Source: Cyanophyceae cyanobacterium
GTDB taxonomy: Bacteria > Cyanobacteriota > Cyanobacteriia > Cyanobacteriales > JBHJGN01
Direction of reading: 5' to 3'
Assembly (NCBI GenBank): GCA_050331735.1
Contig: JBHJGN010000031.1
Span: 64,001-128,000 of the forward strand
DNA: 64,000 nt
Shown here: positions 21,327 through 31,776 of the stretch, in pieces
Layout: every line of letters starts with the position of its first letter
How positions within the stretch are numbered: the stretch's first letter is position 1
Made by a program: the position numbers and the translations under genes
Notes under the pieces: model-generated
What the model saw: only the letters and a program-made list of their open reading frames with translations
What the model was told of the DNA's origin: nothing
The model's database searches: none

Positions 21327-22526
21327 TCAACGACAGTATTTTTCTACACACCGCACAAACATTTCTACCCCCATGCCGAGGGCCGTTTCGTCAAAGTCGA
21401 AGCGGGGATGATGATGGGGATAGTCTAAACCTCTTTCGGGATTAGCCGCTCCAACGAAGAAATAACAGCCCGGAACTTTCTGAAGAAAGAAAGACATATC
21501 TTCCCCTCCCATTGTCTGGCACTCTGGGACTACTCCCGCCGGAGTTTCGACGACTTCATCCGCCACAGAACGAACCAAGTCGGCCATGCGAGCATCATTA
21601 ATGGTGGGGGGATACAGTTGCCAGTAGTCTAACTCGTACTTGGCCCCGTGACTTTGACAAACTCCAGCGATAATTTGCTCAATGCGATCGCTAAAATATC
21701 CCGCTAATTCTGGCTTGAAATAGCGCACAGTTCCGCTCATTCTCGCAGTATCGGCAATGACGTTGAGTGCCGTTCCGGCATGGAGTTCTCCGACTGTCAC
21801 CACCGCCGAGTCAATCGGGTTAACGTTGCGAGCGACAACGGTTTGCAGAGCGTTAACCACCTGAGCACTCAACACCACAGAATCGATGGTCTGGTGGGGC
21901 ATCGCCCCGTGCCCTCCCTTGCCCAACAGCGTACAGCGAAAACACTCCACCGCCGCCATCAACGCTCCACTCCGAACGCCCACTGTCCCAAGGGGCAGAT
22001 TATTCCATAGGTGCAATCCAATAATAGCATCAACATCAGGATGGCTCAGCACCCCGGCTTCAATCATCGGTTTGGCCCCGCCCGGCCCTTCTTCGGCTGG
22101 TTGAAAAATGATTTTAACGGTGCCATGAAAATCTTGCCGATGCTGGGAAAGGTAGTAAGCTGTTCCGAGAGCGATCGCTGTATGGCCATCGTGCCCGCAG
22201 GCGTGCATCACGCCATCGTGCTGGGAGCGGTAAGAAACCTCGTTTTCTTCTTGAATGGGCAGGGCATCCATATCAGCGCGAATTGCCAATACTGGACCTG
22301 GCCCCCCACAGATGACGGCAGTGATTCCGGTTTTAGCAATGCCTGACTGATGCTCAATGCCCCATTCCTGTAGCTTCTCGGCGACAAACTGCGCCGTTTG
22401 GTGTTCTTGAAATCCCAATTCTGGACGCTGGTGCAGCCGTCGTCGCCAGACTACGAGTTGAGATTGTAAGGCCTGTACTTCTGCTCGGACGTGAGCATTG
22501 ATGTTCGCTATGGGAGTAGAAAGCAT
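21327..22526 (-). CDS. M20D amidohydrolase (N-acyl-L-amino acid amidohydrolase-like)
   Basis: LHQRPELGFQE, RADMDALP, MHACGHDGH, QPAEE, GGEDM, HHHPRFDFDE. Confidence 0.93.
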   Translation of the reverse strand: MLSTPIANINAHVRAEVQALQSQLVVWRRRLHQRPELGFQEHQTAQFVAEKLQEWGIEHQSGIAKTGITAVICGGPGPVLAIRADMDALPIQEENEVSYRSQHDGVMHACGHDGHTAIALGTAYYLSQHRQDFHGTVKIIFQPAEEGPGGAKPMIEAGVLSHPDVDAIIGLHLWNNLPLGTVGVRSGALMAAVECFRCTLLGKGGHGAMPHQTIDSVVLSAQVVNALQTVVARNVNPIDSAVVTVGELHAGTALNVIADTARMSGTVRYFKPELAGYFSDRIEQIIAGVCQSHGAKYELDYWQLYPPTINDARMADLVRSVADEVVETPAGVVPECQTMGGEDMSFFLQKVPGCYFFVGAANPERGLDYPHHHPRFDFDETALGMGVEMFVRCVEKYCR

Positions 22527-22812
22527 GTTGGCTAATGGAGCTAATTGTTGATTTAACCGTTGATGTCTTGAGAGTGCTTACTCCCCTAAACTACAGATGG
22601 GCTCTGTCTAGAGAGAGAGCAGACTTCCAGCATCGGATCGCAAAACTTGACCCGCTGCTGTTACTTTTAGGCAAATTTAGGGAACGCTACAACTGTATTC
22701 CAGTTTATCGAAAGATCGTGGCGCTCTGCTGTTTGGGCCATAATTGGGCTTCATCGCGAGCCCAATACCGTTTGTCAGCGCCGGAGATCGCGTTTCCCCC
22801 AAGAGCTAAACC

Positions 22813-24159
22813 GTGAATTTTATCCAATCGCAGCAACTGCAGATCAACAACGTTAAGCTACCAAATCGGTTAGCTTTACCGGGTCATTTCGAGCACATTC
22901 TACAGAAAACCAAGACGAGAGAGGCCAAAAAAAGCACTTTAGCGCTGATCCCGGTTTTCTACATTAACTTAGACCGCTTTAGCCGGATTAACAACACGTT
23001 TGGCAACCGGGTTGGGGATGATGTGCTGCGGACTCTGGCGCAACGGTTGCTTACCGGCCTTCGTCCTCACGAAACCCTGGCTTATCTAAGCGCCAACGAG
23101 TTTGCTGTTGTTTGCGCCGCTGCCCCTCACGTACAAGCCGTCACTAAACGAGCGCAAACTTTTCTTGACTGTATCAGCCAACCCATCGAGATTGAGCAAC
23201 AAGACCTGTTTATCACCGCTAGTGTTGGTGTTGCCCTCTATCCGAGCGATGGTTTAACGATCGAGCGGCTTTTACAGCAGGCGAATAAAGCCATGCTCTC
23301 TGCCAAACAGCAAGGAGGCAATCAGTATCGCTTCTATACCAGTGCTGATAAAATTACCCTGATTAGCTCCAACAGCCTGACCTTAGAAGCAGATTTACGA
23401 CACGCCTTAGAAAGGGAAGAATTTGAGCTTTACTACCAGCCCCAGATCAATTTGAGAACAGAAAAAATTACCGGGGCCGAAGCCCTGTTGCGGTGGAATC
23501 ATCCTCAGCGAGAAAACATTTCTCCCGCGACCTTTATTCCCATTGCTGAAGAGAGTGGTTTAGTAGAACCGATTGGAGAATGGACTTTGCACCGGGCTTG
23601 TCAGCAAACGTTCCGGTGGCATCAGGCCGGATTTAACGACTTTCACATGGCGGTTAATCTGTCAGGACGGCAATTTAAGCAGCTTAATTTACATCAGAAT
23701 TTGATTAAAATTCTCATGCAGGCTCGCCTCAATCCCCGATTTTTGAAACTAGAGTTGACCGAAAGCATTTTGATTGAGAACGCCACCGAAAATTTGCATA
23801 AGCTTAATTTACTGAAGTCCCTCGGCTTCCAGATTGCTATCGATGATTTTGGCACCGGGTATTCTTCTTTTAGCTATCTCAAGCAGTTTCCTTTTGATAT
23901 TTTGAAAATCGACCGCTGCTTTATTCAAAATATTCATCAAGATGCGGTTAATGCCGCGATTACGACAGCCATTATTTCAATGGCCCATCAGCTTGACCTC
24001 AAGGTAATTGCTGAAGGAGTCGAAAACCAAGCAGAACTGGAATTTTTGCAGCAGCAGCAATGCGATGAAGTACAGGGCTACTTTGTTGGCCCTCCGTTAC
24101 CCCAGGAGGAGTTTGAAGAGCTGTTGGCCAACAACCTCAAATCGCCAGTGGAGCCGTAA
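22813..24159 (+). CDS. Degenerate-GGDEF + EAL protein (probable c-di-GMP phosphodiesterase)
   Basis: GGDEF site reads SANEF; EAL domain has YQPQ, EAL, ELTES, DDFGTGYSS, KIDR, EGVE, QGY. Confidence 0.9.
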   Translation: MNFIQSQQLQINNVKLPNRLALPGHFEHILQKTKTREAKKSTLALIPVFYINLDRFSRINNTFGNRVGDDVLRTLAQRLLTGLRPHETLAYLSANEFAVVCAAAPHVQAVTKRAQTFLDCISQPIEIEQQDLFITASVGVALYPSDGLTIERLLQQANKAMLSAKQQGGNQYRFYTSADKITLISSNSLTLEADLRHALEREEFELYYQPQINLRTEKITGAEALLRWNHPQRENISPATFIPIAEESGLVEPIGEWTLHRACQQTFRWHQAGFNDFHMAVNLSGRQFKQLNLHQNLIKILMQARLNPRFLKLELTESILIENATENLHKLNLLKSLGFQIAIDDFGTGYSSFSYLKQFPFDILKIDRCFIQNIHQDAVNAAITTAIISMAHQLDLKVIAEGVENQAELEFLQQQQCDEVQGYFVGPPLPQEEFEELLANNLKSPVEP

Positions 24160-27100
24160 TGATGTCGCAGCCCCCTAGCTGTTGCCCGCTTCAGGCACAG
24201 TGGCAGCAGCGCATTATTCAACTAGAGCAGGAGAACCACCAGCAGCAGGAGCGCGATCGCCTGTTGACGACGATAACAGCAACAATTCGTCGCTCTGCAA
24301 CGCTCGCTTCTGTCTTCCAGCAGGCGTTGCAGGTACAGCCACTCCTTCAGGTTGACCAAGCGATGCTGATTCAGCGACACCCCACTGGCAGCAGCGTTGT
24401 GGCAGCATCGGGTCGCACTTTGGCAGGGTCAGACGTTGGCGAAGTGTTTTGTCGAGGCGACTGGAAGCCGTTTACGGTCGATGTCGATACCGACGCTGGC
24501 GATTCCCGAGACAGAGTGCAGCAGTGGCAGGTACAGACCCTGCTGGCGGTACCGATCGTTTCTTGGGGATGGCTCGCCGTTCTTCATCAGCAGCCGCGGC
24601 AGTGGTCGGCAGACATTGACCTGCTTGAACGGGTCGCAACCCTCCTAGAGATCGCCGTTGAACAGAGCCGCGCTCGACGCTCATATCCAGGAGGGCTGGA
24701 CTGTCATCTGCCCCCCCAATGGCCTCTAGAACTCCAGTGCTCCACCAGTGGAGGCTTCGAGTTGCTTCAGGCTCAGGCCCGACAAGCTGAGCTTCAAGAA
24801 GTGCGCCAGCTTTTGTACAAGGAAATTGAGCTGCGCCAGCAGGCAGAGGAAGCTCTGATGCAGGAGCGAAAGCTCACCCAGGCCGTTTTAGAGATCGCTG
24901 CTCTGTGCGTGATGGTTCTTGATACTCAAGGTCGGATTCTCTATTTTAATCCAGCCTGCGAACGCATTACCGGCTACTGCTTGAGGGAAGTTGAGGGACA
25001 ACCCTGGTGGGAATTTGTGCTCCCTGAAGAAGTAGCGGCGAGTCGAGCTGCATTTCGGCGGTTCGATACCGAGCAGTACCGCACCTGCTGGGTTGCTAAG
25101 GACGGTAGCCATCGTCAGATTTTGTGGTCTAACACGGTGGTGTTGAACCACGGAGAGAGCGAGCACGTCATCAGCACCGGCATTGACGTAACTGAATATC
25201 AACAGGTAGAAGCCGAACTGAGAGTGCGGGCCAGCCAACAAGCCGCCATCGCTCAACTCGGTCAGCAGGCCCTCGCCGAACCCAACTTAGAGGGGTTCAT
25301 GGCTGACGCGACCGCTTTGGTCGCTCGGACCCTAGACATTCAGTATGCGCGTATCTTAGAACTGCTGCCCCATCAAGGTGAACTCCGTGCAGCAGCCACC
25401 TATGGGTGGGAAGAGGACGTGCCGACGGTTCGTGCCGATCGAGAATCTCAGGCAGGCTATGCTTTCATGCTGTCTGAAACCGTGGTAATTGAGGATCTGC
25501 GCCGGGAAACCCGATTTTATAAATCACCTTTTTTGCGGAAAAAAGGGGCCATCAGCGGCATGAGCGTCGTTATTAGAGGAAAAGATGAACCCTACGGCAT
25601 CTTAGATGCCTACTCTACCCGTCAGCGGCAGTTTAGCCAAGATGACGCGAATTTCATTCAGGCGATCGCCAATGTTATTGCCACCGCTGTTGAGCGGCAA
25701 CGGACTGAAGCAGAACTCAACCGCTTCTTCAATTTGTCCTTAGATATGTTCTGCATTGCCGGAACGGATGGTTATTTTAAGCGAATCAACCCGCGTTTTG
25801 AAGACCTTGGCTATAGCGAGATAGAATTGTTATCCACCTCGTTTCTCGATTTTGTTCACCTCGAAGACATTCAGGCTACCCTAGAGCAACTCGAAACCCT
25901 TGCCCTCGGTCAGGCAGTCCCCAAGTTTGAGAATCGCTACCGCTGTCGAGATGGATCTTACCGCTGGCTTTCCTGGACTAGTATTCCCTATAGCGATCGC
26001 CTCTTCTGCGCTGTAGCGCGAGACGTGACCGAATCAAAACGCCTCGAAGATGCCCTGAGAAATTTGGCAGCCGGGATTCCTGCGACCGATGGAGAAGCGT
26101 TCTTTCAGTCGCTGGTGCAGTATTTGGCCCAATCTCTAAACACAGAGTACGCTTTTGTCGGAGAACTCGCTCAGCCAGACCAGATTCGGACCGTCGCTGT
26201 GTGTGCCGATGGGGCAATGGTCACCAACTTTGCCTACGACCTACCCGATACTCCCTGCCAAGGAGTTGTGCGAGGACAAATATGCCTATACCCCAACCGC
26301 GTCCAGCAACGGTTTCCGCAAGACGAGCTGCTCGCGGCGATGCAGGCAGAAAGCTATGTGGGGGCTCCCCTCACTGGCTCGACGGGAAAAGTTCTCGGCT
26401 TAATTGCGGTGCTGAGTCGCAAGCCCCTGCGCGATCTGGCTTTGATCGAGGAAATTCTGCATCTGTTTGCTGTCCGGGCGGGGGCAGAACTAGAGCGGCG
26501 ACAGGCAGAGACAGCGCTGCGCAACAGTGAAGAAAAGTTTCGCCAGCTTGCCGAACACATTCGCGAAGTTTTCTTTATTATCTCCACCGAGACTGATCAA
26601 TTTCTCTATATCAGCCCGACCTTCAAGCAAATTTGGGGGGTTCCTTGCGAAATTCTCTATCAGCAGCCTCACCTGTGGTACGAGTGCGTTTATCCAGAAG
26701 ACCGCGATCGCCTTGCAGCCATCCTTACAGGACAACCCGAAAGCGCGAGTTTAGAGTACCGCATCTACCGAACCAACGGGGAAACGGGCTGGATTAGCAT
26801 GCGCACTTTTCCGGTGGCTGACGAGTCAGGACACATTTACCGCCTAGTGGGCATTGCTGAAGATATTACCGAACGCAAGCGCTCCGCTTCGGCTCTCATT
26901 AAGCGGGAACGCTACTTAGCTGCGCTGGTAGAAATCCAGAACTGCTTACTAGGGGGCGATCCGACCAACTTCTACAGCGATATTCTCGAGATTTTAGGAC
27001 AGTGTGCTGAGGTAAGCTGCGTTTACTGGTTTGAAAATTATCGAGATTTGCGAGGCCAGTGTGTCTCTAGTCAAAAAGCGGAATGGTGTGCGCCCGAAGT

Positions 27101-29738
27101 TACTTGCCGTCTAAGGACTCAAAAATTAACCAATCTGCCTTTAGAAGAAGAGCTCGCGCCTCTCTATCAGCAGTTGTCTCACGGAAAGACGGTCGCCGGT
27201 TTGGTCCCAGATACGCCAGCCACACAAAGCTTGCAAAAACTCCAGCCTGATACAGTTTCTGTCCTTGTCTTACCCATTTCAATCAAAGGAGAATTCTGCG
27301 GCTGGATTGGCTTCGATGAATGTCGAGAGGAGCGCACCTGGGATTCACTAGATATCGATCTGCTCAGTTCCGCCGCTTCGGCGATCGCCCTTCAGCAGGA
27401 ACGCCAGCGCTCAGAGGTGCTGACCCGCCAGAGTGAAGAACGGTTTCGCAGTACGTTTGAGCAAGCCGCCGTGGGCATTGCTCACGTCGGGGTTAACGGT
27501 CGCTGGCTGCGGGTCAATCAGAAGCTGTGCGATATTCTGGGCTACGATCGAGAGGAATTATTAACGCTCACGTTCCAAGACCTGACCCATGCAGACGATC
27601 TGGTAGAAGACCTCCACCTCCACCAGCAGATCCTGACTGGCACAATCACCACCTACTCTCTCGAAAAACGCTATATCCACAAGGATGACTACTCCGTGTG
27701 GATTAATCTCACGGTGTCTCTGGTGCGGGAGGAAACTGGCGAGCCAAAGTACTTTATCGCTGTTGTTGAAGAAATCAGCGATCGCAAGCAAGCTGAAACC
27801 GCCCTCCAAGCCAGCGAACGACGCTACGCAACCTTGGTTCAGGCGGTGCCAGTGGGTATTTTTCGCACCGATGCTCAGGGAAATTGCATCTATGTCAACG
27901 AACAAGCCAGAGAAATTGCTGGCTGTCACCAAATCAATCGGCGGGATAGCTGGGGAATCACGTGCGACCAGCCAGTGCATCCCAACGATCAAGAGCGAGT
28001 GCTGTCCCAATGGTCCCAATCGTTACACAATCAACTCCCGTTTAGCTGCGAGTATCGCTTGCTCCAGGCCGATAACTCTACTGTCTGGGTGTATGTGCAG
28101 GCTCTGCCAGAAATTAGCGATGCCGGGTTAGTCGGCTACGTGGGCACCATTACCGACGTGAGCCCGCGCAAACAGGCAGAACAAGGCCTTCAGCAGCTTA
28201 ACGAACAGCTAGAGGTCCGCGTCGAGCAGCGCACAGCAGAACTCCAGGCCGCAACCACGCGTCTGGCTTCTCTTATTGAAGCGCTTCAGGTAGGAGTTGT
28301 GGTTCAGGACGAACACGAACTCGTCGTCTTAATTAACCAGGCTTTTTGCGACATCTTTAAGTTTCCGGTCGTGTCTCCAGCGCTGATTGGAGCCGATTTT
28401 GCCGATTTTGCTCAAGACTACCAGCATTACTTTGCCGCTCCGGCTCAGTTTCAGCAACGCTATTGTGAAATTCGCGATCACCAGCAGCCAGTGAGCAGTG
28501 AGGAAATCCAGACCGTAGATGGACGCATCTTTGAACGAGATTACGTCCCCATCTTTATTAACCAGCGTTTCTCCGGCAACCTCTGGATGTACCGAGATGT
28601 CACCGAACGGAAACAGGCTGAAAAAGCCATCCGTAAAAGCGAAGCTCGGTTTCGAGCCATGTTTGAACAGGCGGCGGTGGGGATTGTACAGTTCCAATTA
28701 GATGGTCGCATTAGCAGGCTCAATCAGAAGTTCTGCGAAATTGTCGGCTATTCAGAAGCAGAATTGGTGGCGAAAACCTGTACAGAGATTATCTATCAAG
28801 CGGATGTTGAGCAGTATCAGCGCCAAATCCAATATTTACTGGCAGGTGAGCGAGAAACCTTTTCCCTAGAACAGCGCTACGTTTGTAAGGCTCACAAGCT
28901 CGTTTGGGTGAACCTCACGGCTTCCTTGGTTTATGAAAATTCCCAGGCCGATTATTTTTTGGGGGTCGTTGAAGACATTAGCGATCGCAAACGGGCCGAA
29001 GCGGAAGTCCTTAAGACGCTGCAAAAGGAAAAAGAACTCGGCGAACTTAAATCCCGCTTTGTGTCGATGACCTCCCACGAATTTCGCACTCCTCTGGCCG
29101 TCATTTCCTCATCAGCCGGTCTGTTGCAGGACTATGGCGATCGCCTCCAGCCCCACAAAAGACAGAAACATCTCAACCGCATTCAAACATCTGTTCAGCA
29201 CATGACCCAGCTTCTCAACGATGTCCTCACAGTTAATCAGGCAGAAGTTAATCAGTTAGAAATTGAACCGACTCCGGTTGAGCTAGTCGAGTTTTGCCAG
29301 AACCTCACCGAGGAACTACAATCGAGCTTCTCAAGCCATACTCTACTCTTCACGGCTCATGTCGACTCCGCTAGCCACAACCAAATTCAGGCGTACGTGG
29401 ATCGCAAACTGCTGCGGCAAATTTTGAACAATCTTCTGTCCAACGCCGCCAAATACTCCCCCAACAGCGACAAAATCTATTTTGACATTTTTGCCCAAGA
29501 GCAGGTTGTTCTTAAAATTCGCGACCAAGGCATTGGCATTCCGCTTGAAGACCAGCAGCACTTGTTTGAATCTTTTCACCGAGCCAAGAATGTCGGCAAC
29601 ATTTCTGGGACTGGTCTGGGCCTCGTCATTGTCAAAAAATGCGTAGAGCTCCACCGAGGTAAAATCACCATAGACAGCCAGGTAGACATCGGTACAACTG
29701 TCACCGTTACCTTACCCCTAAACTCAAATACCTGTTAA
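24159..29738 (+). CDS. Multi-sensor histidine kinase (several GAF and PAS/PAC domains, HisKA, HATPase)
   Basis: Repeated PAS/PAC ends (DITERKR, DISDRK), GAF segments, SHEFRTPL, NLLSNAAKYS, DQGIGI, GTGLGL. Confidence 0.95.
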   Translation: MMSQPPSCCPLQAQWQQRIIQLEQENHQQQERDRLLTTITATIRRSATLASVFQQALQVQPLLQVDQAMLIQRHPTGSSVVAASGRTLAGSDVGEVFCRGDWKPFTVDVDTDAGDSRDRVQQWQVQTLLAVPIVSWGWLAVLHQQPRQWSADIDLLERVATLLEIAVEQSRARRSYPGGLDCHLPPQWPLELQCSTSGGFELLQAQARQAELQEVRQLLYKEIELRQQAEEALMQERKLTQAVLEIAALCVMVLDTQGRILYFNPACERITGYCLREVEGQPWWEFVLPEEVAASRAAFRRFDTEQYRTCWVAKDGSHRQILWSNTVVLNHGESEHVISTGIDVTEYQQVEAELRVRASQQAAIAQLGQQALAEPNLEGFMADATALVARTLDIQYARILELLPHQGELRAAATYGWEEDVPTVRADRESQAGYAFMLSETVVIEDLRRETRFYKSPFLRKKGAISGMSVVIRGKDEPYGILDAYSTRQRQFSQDDANFIQAIANVIATAVERQRTEAELNRFFNLSLDMFCIAGTDGYFKRINPRFEDLGYSEIELLSTSFLDFVHLEDIQATLEQLETLALGQAVPKFENRYRCRDGSYRWLSWTSIPYSDRLFCAVARDVTESKRLEDALRNLAAGIPATDGEAFFQSLVQYLAQSLNTEYAFVGELAQPDQIRTVAVCADGAMVTNFAYDLPDTPCQGVVRGQICLYPNRVQQRFPQDELLAAMQAESYVGAPLTGSTGKVLGLIAVLSRKPLRDLALIEEILHLFAVRAGAELERRQAETALRNSEEKFRQLAEHIREVFFIISTETDQFLYISPTFKQIWGVPCEILYQQPHLWYECVYPEDRDRLAAILTGQPESASLEYRIYRTNGETGWISMRTFPVADESGHIYRLVGIAEDITERKRSASALIKRERYLAALVEIQNCLLGGDPTNFYSDILEILGQCAEVSCVYWFENYRDLRGQCVSSQKAEWCAPEVTCRLRTQKLTNLPLEEELAPLYQQLSHGKTVAGLVPDTPATQSLQKLQPDTVSVLVLPISIKGEFCGWIGFDECREERTWDSLDIDLLSSAASAIALQQERQRSEVLTRQSEERFRSTFEQAAVGIAHVGVNGRWLRVNQKLCDILGYDREELLTLTFQDLTHADDLVEDLHLHQQILTGTITTYSLEKRYIHKDDYSVWINLTVSLVREETGEPKYFIAVVEEISDRKQAETALQASERRYATLVQAVPVGIFRTDAQGNCIYVNEQAREIAGCHQINRRDSWGITCDQPVHPNDQERVLSQWSQSLHNQLPFSCEYRLLQADNSTVWVYVQALPEISDAGLVGYVGTITDVSPRKQAEQGLQQLNEQLEVRVEQRTAELQAATTRLASLIEALQVGVVVQDEHELVVLINQAFCDIFKFPVVSPALIGADFADFAQDYQHYFAAPAQFQQRYCEIRDHQQPVSSEEIQTVDGRIFERDYVPIFINQRFSGNLWMYRDVTERKQAEKAIRKSEARFRAMFEQAAVGIVQFQLDGRISRLNQKFCEIVGYSEAELVAKTCTEIIYQADVEQYQRQIQYLLAGERETFSLEQRYVCKAHKLVWVNLTASLVYENSQADYFLGVVEDISDRKRAEAEVLKTLQKEKELGELKSRFVSMTSHEFRTPLAVISSSAGLLQDYGDRLQPHKRQKHLNRIQTSVQHMTQLLNDVLTVNQAEVNQLEIEPTPVELVEFCQNLTEELQSSFSSHTLLFTAHVDSASHNQIQAYVDRKLLRQILNNLLSNAAKYSPNSDKIYFDIFAQEQVVLKIRDQGIGIPLEDQQHLFESFHRAKNVGNISGTGLGLVIVKKCVELHRGKITIDSQVDIGTTVTVTLPLNSNTC

Positions 29739-30010
29739 TGCCGTTCTAAATTGAGCGGAGAAGGCAAAAAGACTGTTTTCCCTGACAGTCAACTGACGAC
29801 CGCTCCCCCCATTTTCTCCTTAATTCCCCCTAGCTACTTAACGGCTCCCTGCTCCCATTCCTCAAAAAAAATCATCTCCCTTGTTAAATTCAGCCAAATT
29901 TTGGGAACGATTAGTTTGTCTGTCTTGCCCAAAGACTTGCGTAACGACAAGCTCCAGAGGTGAAAGGTTTGCATCGTTCAGTCGTCACTTCCTTTGCTCA
30001 TGAAACCAAA

Positions 30011-31732
30011 ATGAAGAGAATTTTAGTTATTGAGGACGATACTCAAGTGCGAGAAAACATTGAAGAACTTCTCGAGCTTGAGAATTTTGAGCCGATTACA
30101 GCAGAAAATGGTCTCATTGGTTTAGTATTGGCGGCTGAGCAATTGCCTGACCTAATTATTTGCGATGTCATGATGCCGAAACTGGATGGCTATAGTGTCC
30201 TCCAGGCTTTGAGACAGAACCCGTCAACGGCTGCTATTCCCTTCGTTTTTTTGACGGCCAAAGCCGAACGCAGCGATCTGCGCCAGGGAATGAATCTAGG
30301 AGCTGATGACTACCTCACCAAACCTTTTACGCCTGATGAGCTGCGTCAGGTGGTGACGATGCGCCTGTCAAGGCAAGCAACCATTACTCACAATTATCAA
30401 CAGCAGCTTCAGCAGCTTACAGCCGGACTCGATCGCGTCGCTCGCACCGATCAGTTAACGGGTTTACCCAATCAACTTCATCTACACGAGCGTTTTCAAA
30501 AGCTCCGTCTGAACGACAGTCACAGTTACTCTATTCTTGTCATTAGTCTCGATCAGTTTCACTGGCTGCGCAGTACGATCGGACACTGTTTTATCGAATC
30601 TTTGTTAAAGAGCGTTGGTGAACGATTGAAGCACTACAGTCAACATACTTTATTGATTGATACTCTCGCCTATGATGGTGCCGATCAGTTTAGTATTCTG
30701 CTCAATCCCGTCGAGAAGGAAGGGACCATTCAAATAGCTCAGGCCATTAATCAGCTTTGCCTAGAGCCATTTTTCCTTCAGGAGAGGGAAGTTTTTATTA
30801 CCGTCAGCATCGGGATTGTCTGGAACTGTCACAGTCCCTTTCTCGACCGAGGCATTGCAAATGCCGAAATTGCTATGCACCACATTAAGCGGCAGGGGGG
30901 CAATGGGTATCGGGTCTACACCGATCAGATGAAAATTAATGCTTCTGAGCGCCTGACTTTAGAAGCCGGACTACGTCACGCCCTAGAGTCTGAGCAGCTC
31001 CAGGTATACTATCAGCCTCAAGTGGAGCTGCTGTCTGGAACCGTCATTGGGGCAGAGGCTTTAGCGCGCTGGCAGCATCCAGAATTAGGATTTGTTTCCC
31101 CCGGTAAATTTATTCCCATTGCTGAAGAAACGGGTTTAATCGTTCCTCTTGGAGAGTGGATTTTACAGACTGCCTGCCATCAAGTCAAGGCCTGGCAAGA
31201 GCTTAATGGTCTACAGCTAGCCGTTAACTTGTCTGCTCGCCAGTTCAATCAAGCCAATCTGATTCAACGGTTAATTGCGATTCTGACAACAACTAACTTC
31301 CCGCCAAGCCGCCTGGAATTAGAAATTACCGAAAGTATTCTCATGCAGGATAAAAAAACAGCGCTTGAGATTCTGCTTCAGCTTAGAGAGCTGAAAGTTA
31401 ATATTTCTATTGATGATTTTGGCACTGGCTACTCTTCGCTGAGCTATCTGCAACATTTTCCCTGCAACCGCTTGAAAATCGATCAGTCTTTTGTTCGTAA
31501 CATTGTCAATAACAAAAATAACATGGCCATTATCACCGCAGTTATTTCTATGGCTCATAACTTAAACCTGCAAGTGACGGGAGAAGGCGTTGAAACTGAA
31601 GACGAACTAGCGTTTCTACGTCAGCAAAAATGTAACTCCTTTCAAGGCTATCTTTTCAGCAAGCCGCTACCAGCCGACGAGTTTGAAGTGCTCATTCGGC
31701 AAGAAGCAAGCAAAAAGCATTCCGAAAGCTAG
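30011..31732 (+). CDS. Response regulator with REC, degenerate GGDEF and EAL domains
   Basis: ILVIEDD...DLIICDVMMP; DQLTGLPN; GGDEF site reads GADQF; EAL, DDFGTGYSS, EGVE. Confidence 0.92.
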   Translation: MKRILVIEDDTQVRENIEELLELENFEPITAENGLIGLVLAAEQLPDLIICDVMMPKLDGYSVLQALRQNPSTAAIPFVFLTAKAERSDLRQGMNLGADDYLTKPFTPDELRQVVTMRLSRQATITHNYQQQLQQLTAGLDRVARTDQLTGLPNQLHLHERFQKLRLNDSHSYSILVISLDQFHWLRSTIGHCFIESLLKSVGERLKHYSQHTLLIDTLAYDGADQFSILLNPVEKEGTIQIAQAINQLCLEPFFLQEREVFITVSIGIVWNCHSPFLDRGIANAEIAMHHIKRQGGNGYRVYTDQMKINASERLTLEAGLRHALESEQLQVYYQPQVELLSGTVIGAEALARWQHPELGFVSPGKFIPIAEETGLIVPLGEWILQTACHQVKAWQELNGLQLAVNLSARQFNQANLIQRLIAILTTTNFPPSRLELEITESILMQDKKTALEILLQLRELKVNISIDDFGTGYSSLSYLQHFPCNRLKIDQSFVRNIVNNKNNMAIITAVISMAHNLNLQVTGEGVETEDELAFLRQQKCNSFQGYLFSKPLPADEFEVLIRQEASKKHSES

Positions 31733-31776
31733 GAAATTATTTGCTAAGACAAACAGCCAAAAAAGAGAGACTTACT

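Noticed and set aside
22535..22816. 93-aa ORF upstream of the EAL gene
   Set aside because: No recognisable motif; occupies the divergent promoter region; probably spurious
24159..24700. N-terminal GAF as a cyanobacteriochrome
   Set aside because: The bilin-binding Cys-His motif is absent at the expected position and the domain looks shortened
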